Of a DNA stretch of 64,000 nucleotides, positions 39,831 to 48,791 are shown in pieces (within the stretch, counting starts at the first letter, position 1; the number at the start of each line of letters is the position of its first letter). This DNA is from Candidatus Thorarchaeota archaeon. GTDB taxonomy: Archaea; Asgardarchaeota; Thorarchaeia; Thorarchaeales; Thorarchaeaceae. The stretch spans positions 760,990-824,989 of the forward strand of contig CP070761.1 in assembly GCA_020348985.1 (NCBI GenBank). Direction: 5' to 3'. The translations under genes and the position numbers were made by a program. The notes under the pieces were generated by a model. The model made no database searches. It was not told the DNA's origin and worked only from the letters and a program-made list of their open reading frames with translations.

Positions 39831-40313
39831 ATGGATGTGGCACTAAAAATGTTCAGAACCATTACAGCGTTGCTCGTGGCTCTTCTGGTCGCCGTTCTGA
39901 TAGGCGCTTTCCAGATAGTCGGACTCGGAATAGCCGACCTTGAGGCGTTATTGACCTCCGGAGACTTTGTAACGCAACTTCAAGCTTGGGGCACAGCCCT
40001 GTTTCAGGTGCTTTTGCGGCCCTATACTGCTGCTACTGCTTCCACACCTGCGTACGCACCGATTGTTGCACTTGGTGTAGCAGGCTTCATTTCTGGCCTA
40101 ATCTCCAAGAGCGGTGTCAGGATGCTTTTCGTATCCATAATTGCTCTAGCAATCTTCTTTGTCGGATATGTAGTGTTATCACTTGGACTTGCATTGGAAC
40201 TTGCTGTTCTTCAGGCGGAGGCAATCGCTATCGCGATTGACCTGGGTGCATCCTTTGGGTTGCTCTTCATTCCAGGTGTAATTGGTGCTTCACTGACTGC
40301 CGAGGAGTACTAG
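39831..40313 (+). CDS. Membrane protein
   Basis: About 4 hydrophobic segments; TATA-like AAGTATAAAA upstream. Confidence 0.75.
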   Translation: MDVALKMFRTITALLVALLVAVLIGAFQIVGLGIADLEALLTSGDFVTQLQAWGTALFQVLLRPYTAATASTPAYAPIVALGVAGFISGLISKSGVRMLFVSIIALAIFFVGYVVLSLGLALELAVLQAEAIAIAIDLGASFGLLFIPGVIGASLTAEEY

Positions 40314-40323
40314 AATTGTCATC

Positions 40324-40343
40324 AAGGGGGTCCAAGCCCCCTT
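40324..40343. terminator. Hairpin between convergent genes
   Basis: aaggggg-tccaag-ccccctt. Confidence 0.55.
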
Positions 40344-41848
40344 TACCCATTTTTGTATGCGAATATCTGGTCTATTCTTTCTGAGATCCTCTCAAGGAAC
40401 TCAAGAAGGAAGTCCTCATGTACAAACGCACCTGCGGCCATGGGATGTCCACCTGCTTCTGCAACTAGCTCACTATTACCCGAATTCAGCTTATCGGAGA
40501 CATCGACAAAGACATCCCTTAGATTCACACCAAGGTCAACAATCGACTTGTGAGCACGTCCTGAGATTTTGATTGTGGGACCCTCAACGGATCTATTCGT
40601 TGCAATACCTATGACCGGCTTATCGATTGGAACCATCCTCGATCCCTGCGCCATACCTATGACTATCCCGATAATGGTGTCAGGAGTCTCTGGGTCATCG
40701 ACCACGTACATTCCTGGCATTTCACGATAACCTTGAGTTTCCAGTCTATGAAGCGCTGTTGCAAGATTTGATCTGTGCTGTTTGAGAAGCACCATTCCTT
40801 CTCGATAGGCTACTTTGTTTCCTAGACAGATTTCGACCCCGATTTCGGGCTTTCGGTTTCTACCACACGCATTGAGAAGTGTAGAAAACTCCTTGGCGCT
40901 GCGAAGAACCGTTCGTGGCGGTCGATGTGCGAGAGTGATGACATCCCCAATAATGCCTGATGCAACTCTGGAATCTTCGTAGGAGTCCAGAATTATGCCA
41001 ATGAGGTGCTGGACAACTTGGCTTTTCTCTTCTGATGTAAGGTCAACCCACATTCTCCATGTGTCGTCACTGTCCTTCAGAGGAATCCCAATTTCATTGA
41101 AGAAGGCCAGACAAGCATCCCCGTTTCCGGTCAACCCAGGTAAATAGGGATCTGTGGCATATTGAAGTAGATATGGCAAAGGTCTCGTGTTGATTCCGAA
41201 GAACCGCAAGTCCTTTTCGACCTCAATAAAGCCGCCCTTCTCTCCGGCTTCAACAATCACTTTGTTCAGTCCAGTGAACCCCTTTCCATAGTAGTCCTGA
41301 AGGTCACCACTGGCTCCTACGATAGCCATCTCTGTTAGGTCCAAATTCTCCCTTGAAAGTCCATAGGCCATCAGGAAGGCTGTTCCCGCACCTGAAAGCT
41401 CATAGCTTCCACTCATATTATGCAACCAGGGATTGATCTCGATTATTGAATCAGATTTTGTTCGAGGCCCAGTCAATTCTCCATTGTCAGGCAGATGATG
41501 ATCTAGTACAATAACACAATTTACGCCATCCTCGTTTGCTATGAACTGTTGAATGAGGTGCATTTGCCCTGTTCCGAAGTCGCTGAAGACAACAACATCT
41601 GGCTTCTTCTCTCTGACCAATTCCCTCACAGTGATGATTGTCTCAGAATTCAATTGATGGATATTGTGCCATGAATGGGCCTTGCCCGCACGTTGAAGCG
41701 CCTGAACAATGATTGCTAGAGCGGCAATGCCATCACTGTCTATGTGTGACACTGCAAGGATTCTCGAAGAAGTCTTCAGCACGTCAACTGCACGCATCAA
41801 TTCCTCTAGCATGCTATCCGGGAGGGCATCCAAAACAGCGTCCATCAT
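40343..41848 (-). CDS. Archaeal RecJ/Cdc45-like DHH phosphoesterase
   Basis: SHIDSDG, SDFG, LDHH, GDLQ and C-terminal GGHPMAAG (DHHA1). Confidence 0.88.
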   Translation of the reverse strand: MMDAVLDALPDSMLEELMRAVDVLKTSSRILAVSHIDSDGIAALAIIVQALQRAGKAHSWHNIHQLNSETIITVRELVREKKPDVVVFSDFGTGQMHLIQQFIANEDGVNCVIVLDHHLPDNGELTGPRTKSDSIIEINPWLHNMSGSYELSGAGTAFLMAYGLSRENLDLTEMAIVGASGDLQDYYGKGFTGLNKVIVEAGEKGGFIEVEKDLRFFGINTRPLPYLLQYATDPYLPGLTGNGDACLAFFNEIGIPLKDSDDTWRMWVDLTSEEKSQVVQHLIGIILDSYEDSRVASGIIGDVITLAHRPPRTVLRSAKEFSTLLNACGRNRKPEIGVEICLGNKVAYREGMVLLKQHRSNLATALHRLETQGYREMPGMYVVDDPETPDTIIGIVIGMAQGSRMVPIDKPVIGIATNRSVEGPTIKISGRAHKSIVDLGVNLRDVFVDVSDKLNSGNSELVAEAGGHPMAAGAFVHEDFLLEFLERISERIDQIFAYKNG

Positions 41849-41911
41849 TAGCGAGAGCATCAATTGGGCACGATATAAGAACGCTGCTCTGAGAACACGA
41901 GTCAAAGGTCT

Positions 41912-42307
41912 TCAGTCACTGCCGCGAGCAACTCTTGAAAGGGCCAGGAAGATGACCAAGAAAACACTCGCAATTGCTGCTAGTCCCTTTGCAACCTTCT
42001 GCCAGAGCGTCATCGGAAGCTCGTGATTCCTAATCTCATTTCTCACTCGTTTGAGGTATACGCGAGTCTCTGTGTAGAGCGCTTCGGAATCATCTCTTTG
42101 GGATGAGAACTCTGACCAGCTGAGGTAGTAGGGCGGCACAGGGTCCGTGTCCAACCAGTCATTCCAGATATTCAAAATGTCCTCTCGGTAAGGCGATGGA
42201 AATCTCTCAATCTCAGTTCTCACTTTATCTTCCCATTCATCCGTGATCAGTTGATGTACACCCCTTTTTGCTCCCCACAGGGGACAATACTTTCTGTAGT
42301 AGAGCAC
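41912..42307 (-). CDS. Hypothetical protein with C-terminal TM helix (start uncertain)
   Basis: Helical N-terminal part, hydrophobic tail. Confidence 0.65.
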   Translation of the reverse strand: MLYYRKYCPLWGAKRGVHQLITDEWEDKVRTEIERFPSPYREDILNIWNDWLDTDPVPPYYLSWSEFSSQRDDSEALYTETRVYLKRVRNEIRNHELPMTLWQKVAKGLAAIASVFLVIFLALSRVARGSD

Positions 42308-42399
42308 TATTAAGACTTGAGCTCATAGACCCGAATCTGCGCGAAACAGCGAATCTTCTTCCTAAATCGAACATATCTCCAATTTTCCGTCAATGTATT

Positions 42400-42918
42400 C
42401 TAGCGCATCTTTGCGACTTCTTTGCCCCACTCTTTGAGGTCTCCGCGCAGTTTAGTAAGGTCTGCAGGACTGATTGGGTCAACTCGGCCGTAAGTCCTCA
42501 AGATTCTTGTCCATCTCTTCATTTTCACTACGAGCTGGCTGCTCCCGCCCCTCTGCTCCATCATGTCTGCTGAATCGCTGATCTTCTTTGCAAGATCGCT
42601 TGCAATGACCCCCTCACGAATCTGAGACTCCAATGTGTCTAAGACTGCCTGTAAAGTTGATGCTGTGCCCATGTCCCCAACAGCTCTTGCTGATGCGACC
42701 GACGTAGCCTGTGTTGGGAGATTCTGAATCATCTGCATGAGTTCGTCTATCTTCTCGCTGTTTGCAGTCACTCCGAGAGAAATGTCTGATTGCGCATCTT
42801 GGACTTCTGTGATTTTTGAGATGACTTCGATCATTCTGTTAAGCATTTCAGTAAGTCGCTCAATTGCAGAGTTAATCTCTGTTAGTTTCGCTCTTACATA
42901 GGTATCTTCTTGACTCAT
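42400..42918 (-). CDS. Coiled-coil protein with helical C-terminal domain (Vps28-CTD-like pattern)
   Basis: Heptad N-terminal ~60 aa, low-complexity linker, four-helix C-terminus. Confidence 0.6.
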   Translation of the reverse strand: MSQEDTYVRAKLTEINSAIERLTEMLNRMIEVISKITEVQDAQSDISLGVTANSEKIDELMQMIQNLPTQATSVASARAVGDMGTASTLQAVLDTLESQIREGVIASDLAKKISDSADMMEQRGGSSQLVVKMKRWTRILRTYGRVDPISPADLTKLRGDLKEWGKEVAKMR

Positions 42919-43097
42919 GCTAACTGTCTCCTAGCTAGACTAGTTCAGATGACGTCGATACTGGAGGTGCACAGATTAAGCTTTCTGTGTCGTTTGGTCT
43001 GAAGACACACAATCGCTGTACATAACCGAATCCTCATATATCCGCCAATCACATCAGCGCGGTACTGGAGCTCATTGAGGTACTTGGAGGAACAGCA

Positions 43098-43448
43098 ATG
43101 TACGTGATAAATTACAAGCAGCGTGAAGCCATCGATATTGAAATGGCAGGTAGTAGAGGAGCAAAGATGAGATGGCTAGTCGGAGTGCGTACAGGGGCTA
43201 GCACCTTTGCGATGAGACATTTCGAGATTGCTCCAGGAGGAAAGGTACCGCTTCACACACATGCTGAAGAACATGAGGTCTTCGTACTCGGAGGCAAAGC
43301 TCGGCTGCTCGGGTCTGCAGAAGATCAGTTTGCTCAAAAGGACGACGTAATCTTCATACCTTCAGAAGCTCCACACGGCTACGACAATTCGAAGAGTACT
43401 GAGCCCTTCACATTCATCTGCGTCATCCCGATTCTAAATAGGGAATAG
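43098..43448 (+). CDS. Cupin domain protein
   Basis: PGG.VPLHTH..EHE...G and IP...PHG motifs. Confidence 0.92.
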   Translation: MYVINYKQREAIDIEMAGSRGAKMRWLVGVRTGASTFAMRHFEIAPGGKVPLHTHAEEHEVFVLGGKARLLGSAEDQFAQKDDVIFIPSEAPHGYDNSKSTEPFTFICVIPILNRE

Positions 43449-43513
43449 ATTGACCTTCCCCATCTTTCCGGAAGACTCAAACGATTCTCGATTATTTTGA
43501 CCTGACGAGAGAC

Positions 43514-44203
43514 TTGACCGCTAGTGGACTGAAGATATCGTTTGACACGCCGACAAATGATCTTGCACTCTTCGTGACGAGGCTCACCAACTACTCACAC
43601 ACGCAATCAAGTGAAGACTTCTCCGAATATGAAGAGCGAATCTTCTCGCAAATCAGGTCATCAAATTCGCTTGAAACTCTGAAGGATGTTGAGACTCTCA
43701 GGATGTACAGAGACCTTTACTGGTCGTTTGGTATGGATCCCACGAAACTTAGAGTCTCCAGTGAGGCTTTGATGAGACGCGTCCTACGAGGGGAGAATCT
43801 TTGGAGAATCTCCAGTCTTGTTGATGTCGTAAACCTGGCCTCTGCCTATCATGGAGTGCCAATTGGATTGATCGACGAGGGCGCCCTAGTAGGGAATCTC
43901 CGCGTAAGAACAGCCCGGAAGGATGAGGTCTTTGTCAGGATAGGGGGCAAAGGACTTGTCTGCAAAGGTCGAGAAGTTGTCCTGTCTGATGACGAGAAGA
44001 TTGTCTGCTTCGGTTACGCAACACATGATTCGGAAATGACTAGGGTCACTCCACAGACGGCGACGATTCTTCTCATTCTATATGGTGCTCCTGGGGTCTC
44101 CTATAGCAAGCTTGAGCAAGCAAACTCGATTACACTTGAAATGGTAGACAAGTGGGTGGACTGTCAAGTTACGGATTCTGAGTACTACCGAGCGATGCAG
44201 TAG
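43514..44203 (+). CDS. Stand-alone B3/B4 domain protein (PheRS-beta editing-like)
   Basis: DPTKLRVSSEALMRRV, VDVVNLAS...P.G..D. Confidence 0.88.
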   Translation: MTASGLKISFDTPTNDLALFVTRLTNYSHTQSSEDFSEYEERIFSQIRSSNSLETLKDVETLRMYRDLYWSFGMDPTKLRVSSEALMRRVLRGENLWRISSLVDVVNLASAYHGVPIGLIDEGALVGNLRVRTARKDEVFVRIGGKGLVCKGREVVLSDDEKIVCFGYATHDSEMTRVTPQTATILLILYGAPGVSYSKLEQANSITLEMVDKWVDCQVTDSEYYRAMQ

Positions 44204-44205
44204 TG

Positions 44206-46203
44206 CTACGCGAACTCCAACAGTGGTTGACCCAATATCACTCTCTCAAGTAGAGAAGTTCCCTTGGCTCTTTTGACAAGATCCTCAAACTTTCTCCTAA
44301 GTCGCTTCTCGTCGACGTAGTCTGGCTCACGCACTCCGACGCTTTCTATCACGGATGTCAGCAAGACTTCGAAGTCGTATACAAGGTACTCCCTCTTTCT
44401 GCCCTTCTTATCTTCCTTCTTGACCTTCTTCGCAAGCCCAAACTTCACTGATGCTCTTGTTTCTGATAGATAGATTGTCAGGGCTTTCTCGTAGAGAAGT
44501 TCACCTCTCTTTACCAGTTCCTTGAGGAACGGTAGACCAAACCTAGTCTTGGCCACCTGTTCAATTCTGGCAATGAACGCATTCATAATGTCTTCATAGG
44601 ACAACATACCTGCTTTTCCGCGAGTTGAGAATACTTTCTCAGCATCGCTTGCCTTTTGGAACTTCGATTTCTTCTCTGCAAGCTCTCTCTCTTTCCTTTT
44701 GCGTTCTTCTTCCTGCCTTCGAAGCTCTTCCTGCCTCTTCTTTTCTTCTTCCTTCGCTCTCTCAGCTTCTCTTCTCTTCTTCTCTTCTTCCTTCTTCTCT
44801 AGTTCTGCCTGCCGCTGTCGTTCCAGCGCGGCTTGCTCTCGCTCTCTCTTCTTCTTGGCTTCCTCTGCGAGACGCTGCTTCTCTAGTTCTTGTAAGAGCT
44901 TCTGCTGTTGCTCCACCAACTTGGCCATGTGCGTCTGAACATCTTTCTCTGTAAGTGTGATGTGTTCTGTCAGGAGCCACCTAACCGCTATGCTGTTTAC
45001 CTTTGGCTTGAGGTCTGCAGAGGAGAAGATGAAGCTTGCAGTCTGCTGTCCCGGAAGGGCCGTGATTATCTGTTCAGCAGCCTTCTCTCCAGCTATTGGT
45101 TCAAGGATTCTCTCAAGCACTTTCAGTGACTGCTCGCTACTAACCCTTCCTGCAGCAATCGTGTTGAATTGCTCAAATGCCTTGTAGTCAATGTCCTTGG
45201 GACTCTGCGTAGCGATGAGACACTCAATGCCGTACTTTCTGGCTTGTCTAAACAGGAGAAGGTACGTCTCTTTCGGGCCAGGAGCTTTCATCCCTGCTGG
45301 TATGAATGGTGCCGCTTCGTCCTGGAATATGACCATTCTTGGCTTGTCCGTGAAGCCCTGTCTGAGCATCCAAGAGTATAGTTGGTTCAGCACTATCGCT
45401 ATGAAGAAATGCTTCTCTTCTTCGCTTCTAAGCGTCTTGAGGAATATGACATTGATTGGAGTCTTCCCTCCAACTGGTCTAATCAGTTCATCAAAGTCAA
45501 TCTGACCTTCTTCCTTGAACAGGAGTTGAGAAGATCCGACCGTCAATGAGCGAATTGCCGCCGCAAGCTTCGTTCTCTCAGTTTGTTTCATATAGGGTTC
45601 CAAATCCACTCCTATTTCCTCGGCTGGTGCGTCGAGCATATTGGCCAACTCAAGCAGATCGGAGATGTCTCTTTTCTTGTCTTCCCAGATTGTCCGGAGA
45701 AGTTCGTATAGAGCTGCGAATGATTTCGCCTCCCATGATCTCGAAAGCCCAGCCACCTTGGCAAGCACTTTCACCAACGTTCTTGCTGAGTTGTCAAGAA
45801 GACGAATCACATCATCCTGGTCAGCTTTCTTATCCGGCAACTTGAGCGGATTGATTGAGACTGATAGTCCCTTGGAGCTTGCCGGCGTGTATACTCTGAC
45901 TATTACTTTGTCCATGTACTCCTTCAGTCTCTGTGGATCTACTCCTTTTGATTGGAGAACCTTCGGGTCTCCTGGAATCATAAGAGAGGCTATGTCTCCC
46001 TGGGGATCAAAAGCCAAAATGGGAATCCCCTGCAGGGCTGCCTCCTCAAGAATGACTTTGCTCAGAACGGTCTTCCCAGATCCGGTGGACCCAAAGACTC
46101 CGCCATGTCTACGAAGCAAGTCGACAGATATTTCGAACTTCTCAGCCGTCCTCTTTCCATCTTTGTCCAGTTTTGAGCCTAACCAAAGCTTACCATCGCC
46201 CAT
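44206..46203 (-). CDS. HerA/FtsK-superfamily ATPase (DUF87/DUF853-like) with ER/K helix and C-terminal domain
   Basis: H...FGSTGSGKT, FDPQGD, QDEA, ARKYG, ATQSP; GGTGA RBS before ATG 46203. Confidence 0.88.
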   Translation of the reverse strand: MGDGKLWLGSKLDKDGKRTAEKFEISVDLLRRHGGVFGSTGSGKTVLSKVILEEAALQGIPILAFDPQGDIASLMIPGDPKVLQSKGVDPQRLKEYMDKVIVRVYTPASSKGLSVSINPLKLPDKKADQDDVIRLLDNSARTLVKVLAKVAGLSRSWEAKSFAALYELLRTIWEDKKRDISDLLELANMLDAPAEEIGVDLEPYMKQTERTKLAAAIRSLTVGSSQLLFKEEGQIDFDELIRPVGGKTPINVIFLKTLRSEEEKHFFIAIVLNQLYSWMLRQGFTDKPRMVIFQDEAAPFIPAGMKAPGPKETYLLLFRQARKYGIECLIATQSPKDIDYKAFEQFNTIAAGRVSSEQSLKVLERILEPIAGEKAAEQIITALPGQQTASFIFSSADLKPKVNSIAVRWLLTEHITLTEKDVQTHMAKLVEQQQKLLQELEKQRLAEEAKKKREREQAALERQRQAELEKKEEEKKRREAERAKEEEKKRQEELRRQEEERKRKERELAEKKSKFQKASDAEKVFSTRGKAGMLSYEDIMNAFIARIEQVAKTRFGLPFLKELVKRGELLYEKALTIYLSETRASVKFGLAKKVKKEDKKGRKREYLVYDFEVLLTSVIESVGVREPDYVDEKRLRRKFEDLVKRAKGTSLLERVILGQPLLEFA

Positions 46204-46331
46204 GATTATCACCACAAGTCGTCCGGTTTCCCGAAATCCCACCTGTTCTTCGCTTGTAGAGCCATTGTGGCTCGACATTTATCTTATTTGTTGATGGGGG
46301 TCCCTAGAAGAGTTCTGTATCCACAGACTTT

Positions 46332-46368
46332 CTAAAACAAGGAGAAAGGATGAGGGAGTCCCTCATCC
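46332..46368 (-). terminator. Hairpin plus U-rich tail
   Basis: ggatgaggg-act-ccctcatcc then tttctccttgtttt on the minus strand. Confidence 0.6.
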
Positions 46369-46379
46369 GTTGTTCTGTT

Positions 46380-47012
46380 CTATTCTCCACCGACTGGTTC
46401 GTATCTTCTTCCCAAGAAGAATACAATCAGGAGCACGAGCACTATGGCAAACACACCAAGAGTTCCTGCCGCTATGTTATACGAGTTTGTGGTCACCCAG
46501 ACCCAGTCAAGACCTAGCTTGATTCCAGCCATTATTCCACCAATGAAGAGTGAAACCAGCATGAATCTTGAGGTCATTTCCTTTACCTGTCCAACCTCTC
46601 CCGCCTCCATGATAGCAGCGCTGAAGAATACAAACACAAACAGAAACACATACGCAATAACAATCATTGATCCGATATCAAAGAGAAATCTCTGAATGGT
46701 GTCATCTCCCGCAATACTTGGAGGGTATTGGATGCCAATTATCAGGATAGCGGCAATGGCGTAGAGGAAGACAAACATATTGCTGATTAGCTTGTCTTCG
46801 GGATGCACAAAGCCTGTAATCTCAGTGAATGTAGTAATTGTGGACATTACTAACACAACTATGAATAGTCCAGCACCTGCGATCCAAGTATAGTAAGGAT
46901 ACGGAGTTGCAGCACCGAGACCAAGGAGCAAATACCATAGGATTGCTGAAAACCCAAGAACCGCAATACCAAGCCCTGAAAGGATATTGCTTATTGTCGT
47001 AAGCCTAACCAT
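46380..47012 (-). CDS. 6-TM membrane protein, unknown function
   Basis: Hydrophobic helices; GGAGG RBS. Confidence 0.8.
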   Translation of the reverse strand: MVRLTTISNILSGLGIAVLGFSAILWYLLLGLGAATPYPYYTWIAGAGLFIVVLVMSTITTFTEITGFVHPEDKLISNMFVFLYAIAAILIIGIQYPPSIAGDDTIQRFLFDIGSMIVIAYVFLFVFVFFSAAIMEAGEVGQVKEMTSRFMLVSLFIGGIMAGIKLGLDWVWVTTNSYNIAAGTLGVFAIVLVLLIVFFLGRRYEPVGGE

Positions 47013-47051
47013 AGACGACCTCCCCTTAAGGGACTCTGCACGGTCGGTAAG

Positions 47052-48344
47052 TTAGGCGTCTATTAACTTTTGCTCAGCCAACGATTTTTCGGTTTTCTCA
47101 CTTCTAACCTCTGGCATGAAGTACGTTCCTGCAATCGCTACAGCAATCAGTATTGCAACCAGCACAGCCATGCCAATTAGACCGTAGGTTCCATAGGCAA
47201 CGCCTCCCAAGGTTGGCCCAATGATCATTCCGGAACCAAAGAAGATGCTGTACACACCCATGGTGGTACCCCGTGAATCTTCTGCTGCAACGTCCGTCAG
47301 ATACGCCATTGCGGCTGGTGGAAATGCTCCTGCAATGAAACCAAAGGTGGGCAACAATGGCCATACTGACCAAAGAGCTTCGATACCACCAGGCCCGGAG
47401 TTTGATACCAGCAAGAATGCCAAGATTCCGAAGCCTATGAGGCCGAACGCGATAAAGGGTCTTCTTTTCATGTAGTAGTCTGAAAGGTGGCCCATGACAA
47501 TTATGCCAAGTATCAATGCCCCACCGAGCATCCCGAACAGAATAATCATGTCTATTGCGGTAAGTGTGAAGTAATCGTGTAGAATGATCTTGGCATATCC
47601 TATTAGCATTCCATACATTGAGATGATAGGGACATAGACCGGGATCAGTTGCTGAATCTTTCTGTCAGAAGCTACCTCTCTTAGGAGTCTGAAAATGCTG
47701 ATCTCAACGTGGATGTGCTCCCGAGTCTCTTTGATTGAGAGTAGGGCGATGACTCCGCTAACTGCGCATGCTGAACCCGCAGAAGCAAGTACGATGAACG
47801 GAGTGAATCCGATCTCGGGTGTAAGCAGTAAGACTCCGAGTCCAAACCCGCCGACCAGCCCAAATAGCGTTGATAGGTCGTAGTATCCCATCAACCTCGC
47901 GCGATTATGCTCATCTGACATATCTGCTATCATTGAAAGGGTTGTTGAGACCTTGGAAGCCGCGCCAATACCAAATACGGCTGAGGCTAAGAATAGAACA
48001 ATGATGTTCGGTGTGATCGCGAAGAGGAACGCAGCAGCACCTGTTATGAATAGACTGCCCACAAAGATGGGTCTTCTGCCAATCCGGTCGCTGTATGAAC
48101 CAAAGAATGAAACAGAAGCGAGTTCAGCGAACGGATAGATTACCAATACTGCTCCAATTGCCCAGAGCTCAAGTCCTGTTCCCATGTAGGCGGGGTCCTG
48201 AATGGAGGCAATGCTGATGTAGAAGGAAGCGCGCATTATTAGAGTGACAAAGTACAGTGCCAATAGATTCCATTTGTGTTCAGAGGCTCTAAGACCCATC
48301 TGGGGCAACTCCTGTTTTGAGGTGCGCTGGCGAAACAGCATCAT
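47052..48344 (-). CDS. MFS transporter
   Basis: GSYSDRIGRRP and GHLSDYYMKRRP motif A; about 12 TM. Confidence 0.92.
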   Translation of the reverse strand: MMLFRQRTSKQELPQMGLRASEHKWNLLALYFVTLIMRASFYISIASIQDPAYMGTGLELWAIGAVLVIYPFAELASVSFFGSYSDRIGRRPIFVGSLFITGAAAFLFAITPNIIVLFLASAVFGIGAASKVSTTLSMIADMSDEHNRARLMGYYDLSTLFGLVGGFGLGVLLLTPEIGFTPFIVLASAGSACAVSGVIALLSIKETREHIHVEISIFRLLREVASDRKIQQLIPVYVPIISMYGMLIGYAKIILHDYFTLTAIDMIILFGMLGGALILGIIVMGHLSDYYMKRRPFIAFGLIGFGILAFLLVSNSGPGGIEALWSVWPLLPTFGFIAGAFPPAAMAYLTDVAAEDSRGTTMGVYSIFFGSGMIIGPTLGGVAYGTYGLIGMAVLVAILIAVAIAGTYFMPEVRSEKTEKSLAEQKLIDA

Positions 48345-48376
48345 CGTTATAAGCTATCCCGTATCCCCTCCTCGGC

Positions 48377-48739
48377 ATGGGCGTGAAAAGGGTCCCCACC
48401 GATGTGGTGGGGTCGGAGTTTGTCTACATTGTATTGTATAGACTCCGAATCATGACAGATGAGGAATCCCGTGATTGGCTGAAACGCTGGGCTGAGATCC
48501 GCAAGAGTCTGCCAAAGGGCATCAAAATTGTAGCAGAAGCTGGCAATGCTTTTGGCACTGAGTTCACTGGATTCACGATATTTGAAGGGCCCTTTGCCAA
48601 GTTTGAGGAACTCCATTCGAATCTGGAGCTCTACTCAAGTCATCTTGTTGAGAAAACCAGAACTATCATTGGAACAAAAGGAATTGGGGCGCCAAAATCG
48701 CAGCTTCAGAAGATTCTCAGAGATCGCCCAATAGACTGA
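48377..48739 (+). CDS. Hypothetical protein, possibly ferredoxin-like fold (start uncertain)
   Basis: Beta-alpha-beta-beta-alpha-beta pattern. Confidence 0.65.
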   Translation: MGVKRVPTDVVGSEFVYIVLYRLRIMTDEESRDWLKRWAEIRKSLPKGIKIVAEAGNAFGTEFTGFTIFEGPFAKFEELHSNLELYSSHLVEKTRTIIGTKGIGAPKSQLQKILRDRPID

Positions 48740-48791
48740 GACTCTTCCACGCTGTGGTCCGATTACCACTTAAAAGACTGAGGCTGACAGT

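Noticed and set aside
44625-46294. Long antisense ORFs (Ser/Leu/Phe-rich) here and opposite the uvr genes, helicase and mer
   Set aside because: Shadow frames of well-supported genes.
44206-47012. HerA ATPase plus 6-TM protein as a Ced/VirB4-VirB6-like DNA import system
   Set aside because: A terminator-like hairpin (46348-46368) separates them, the ATPase has no TM anchor, and there are no pilin-like genes.
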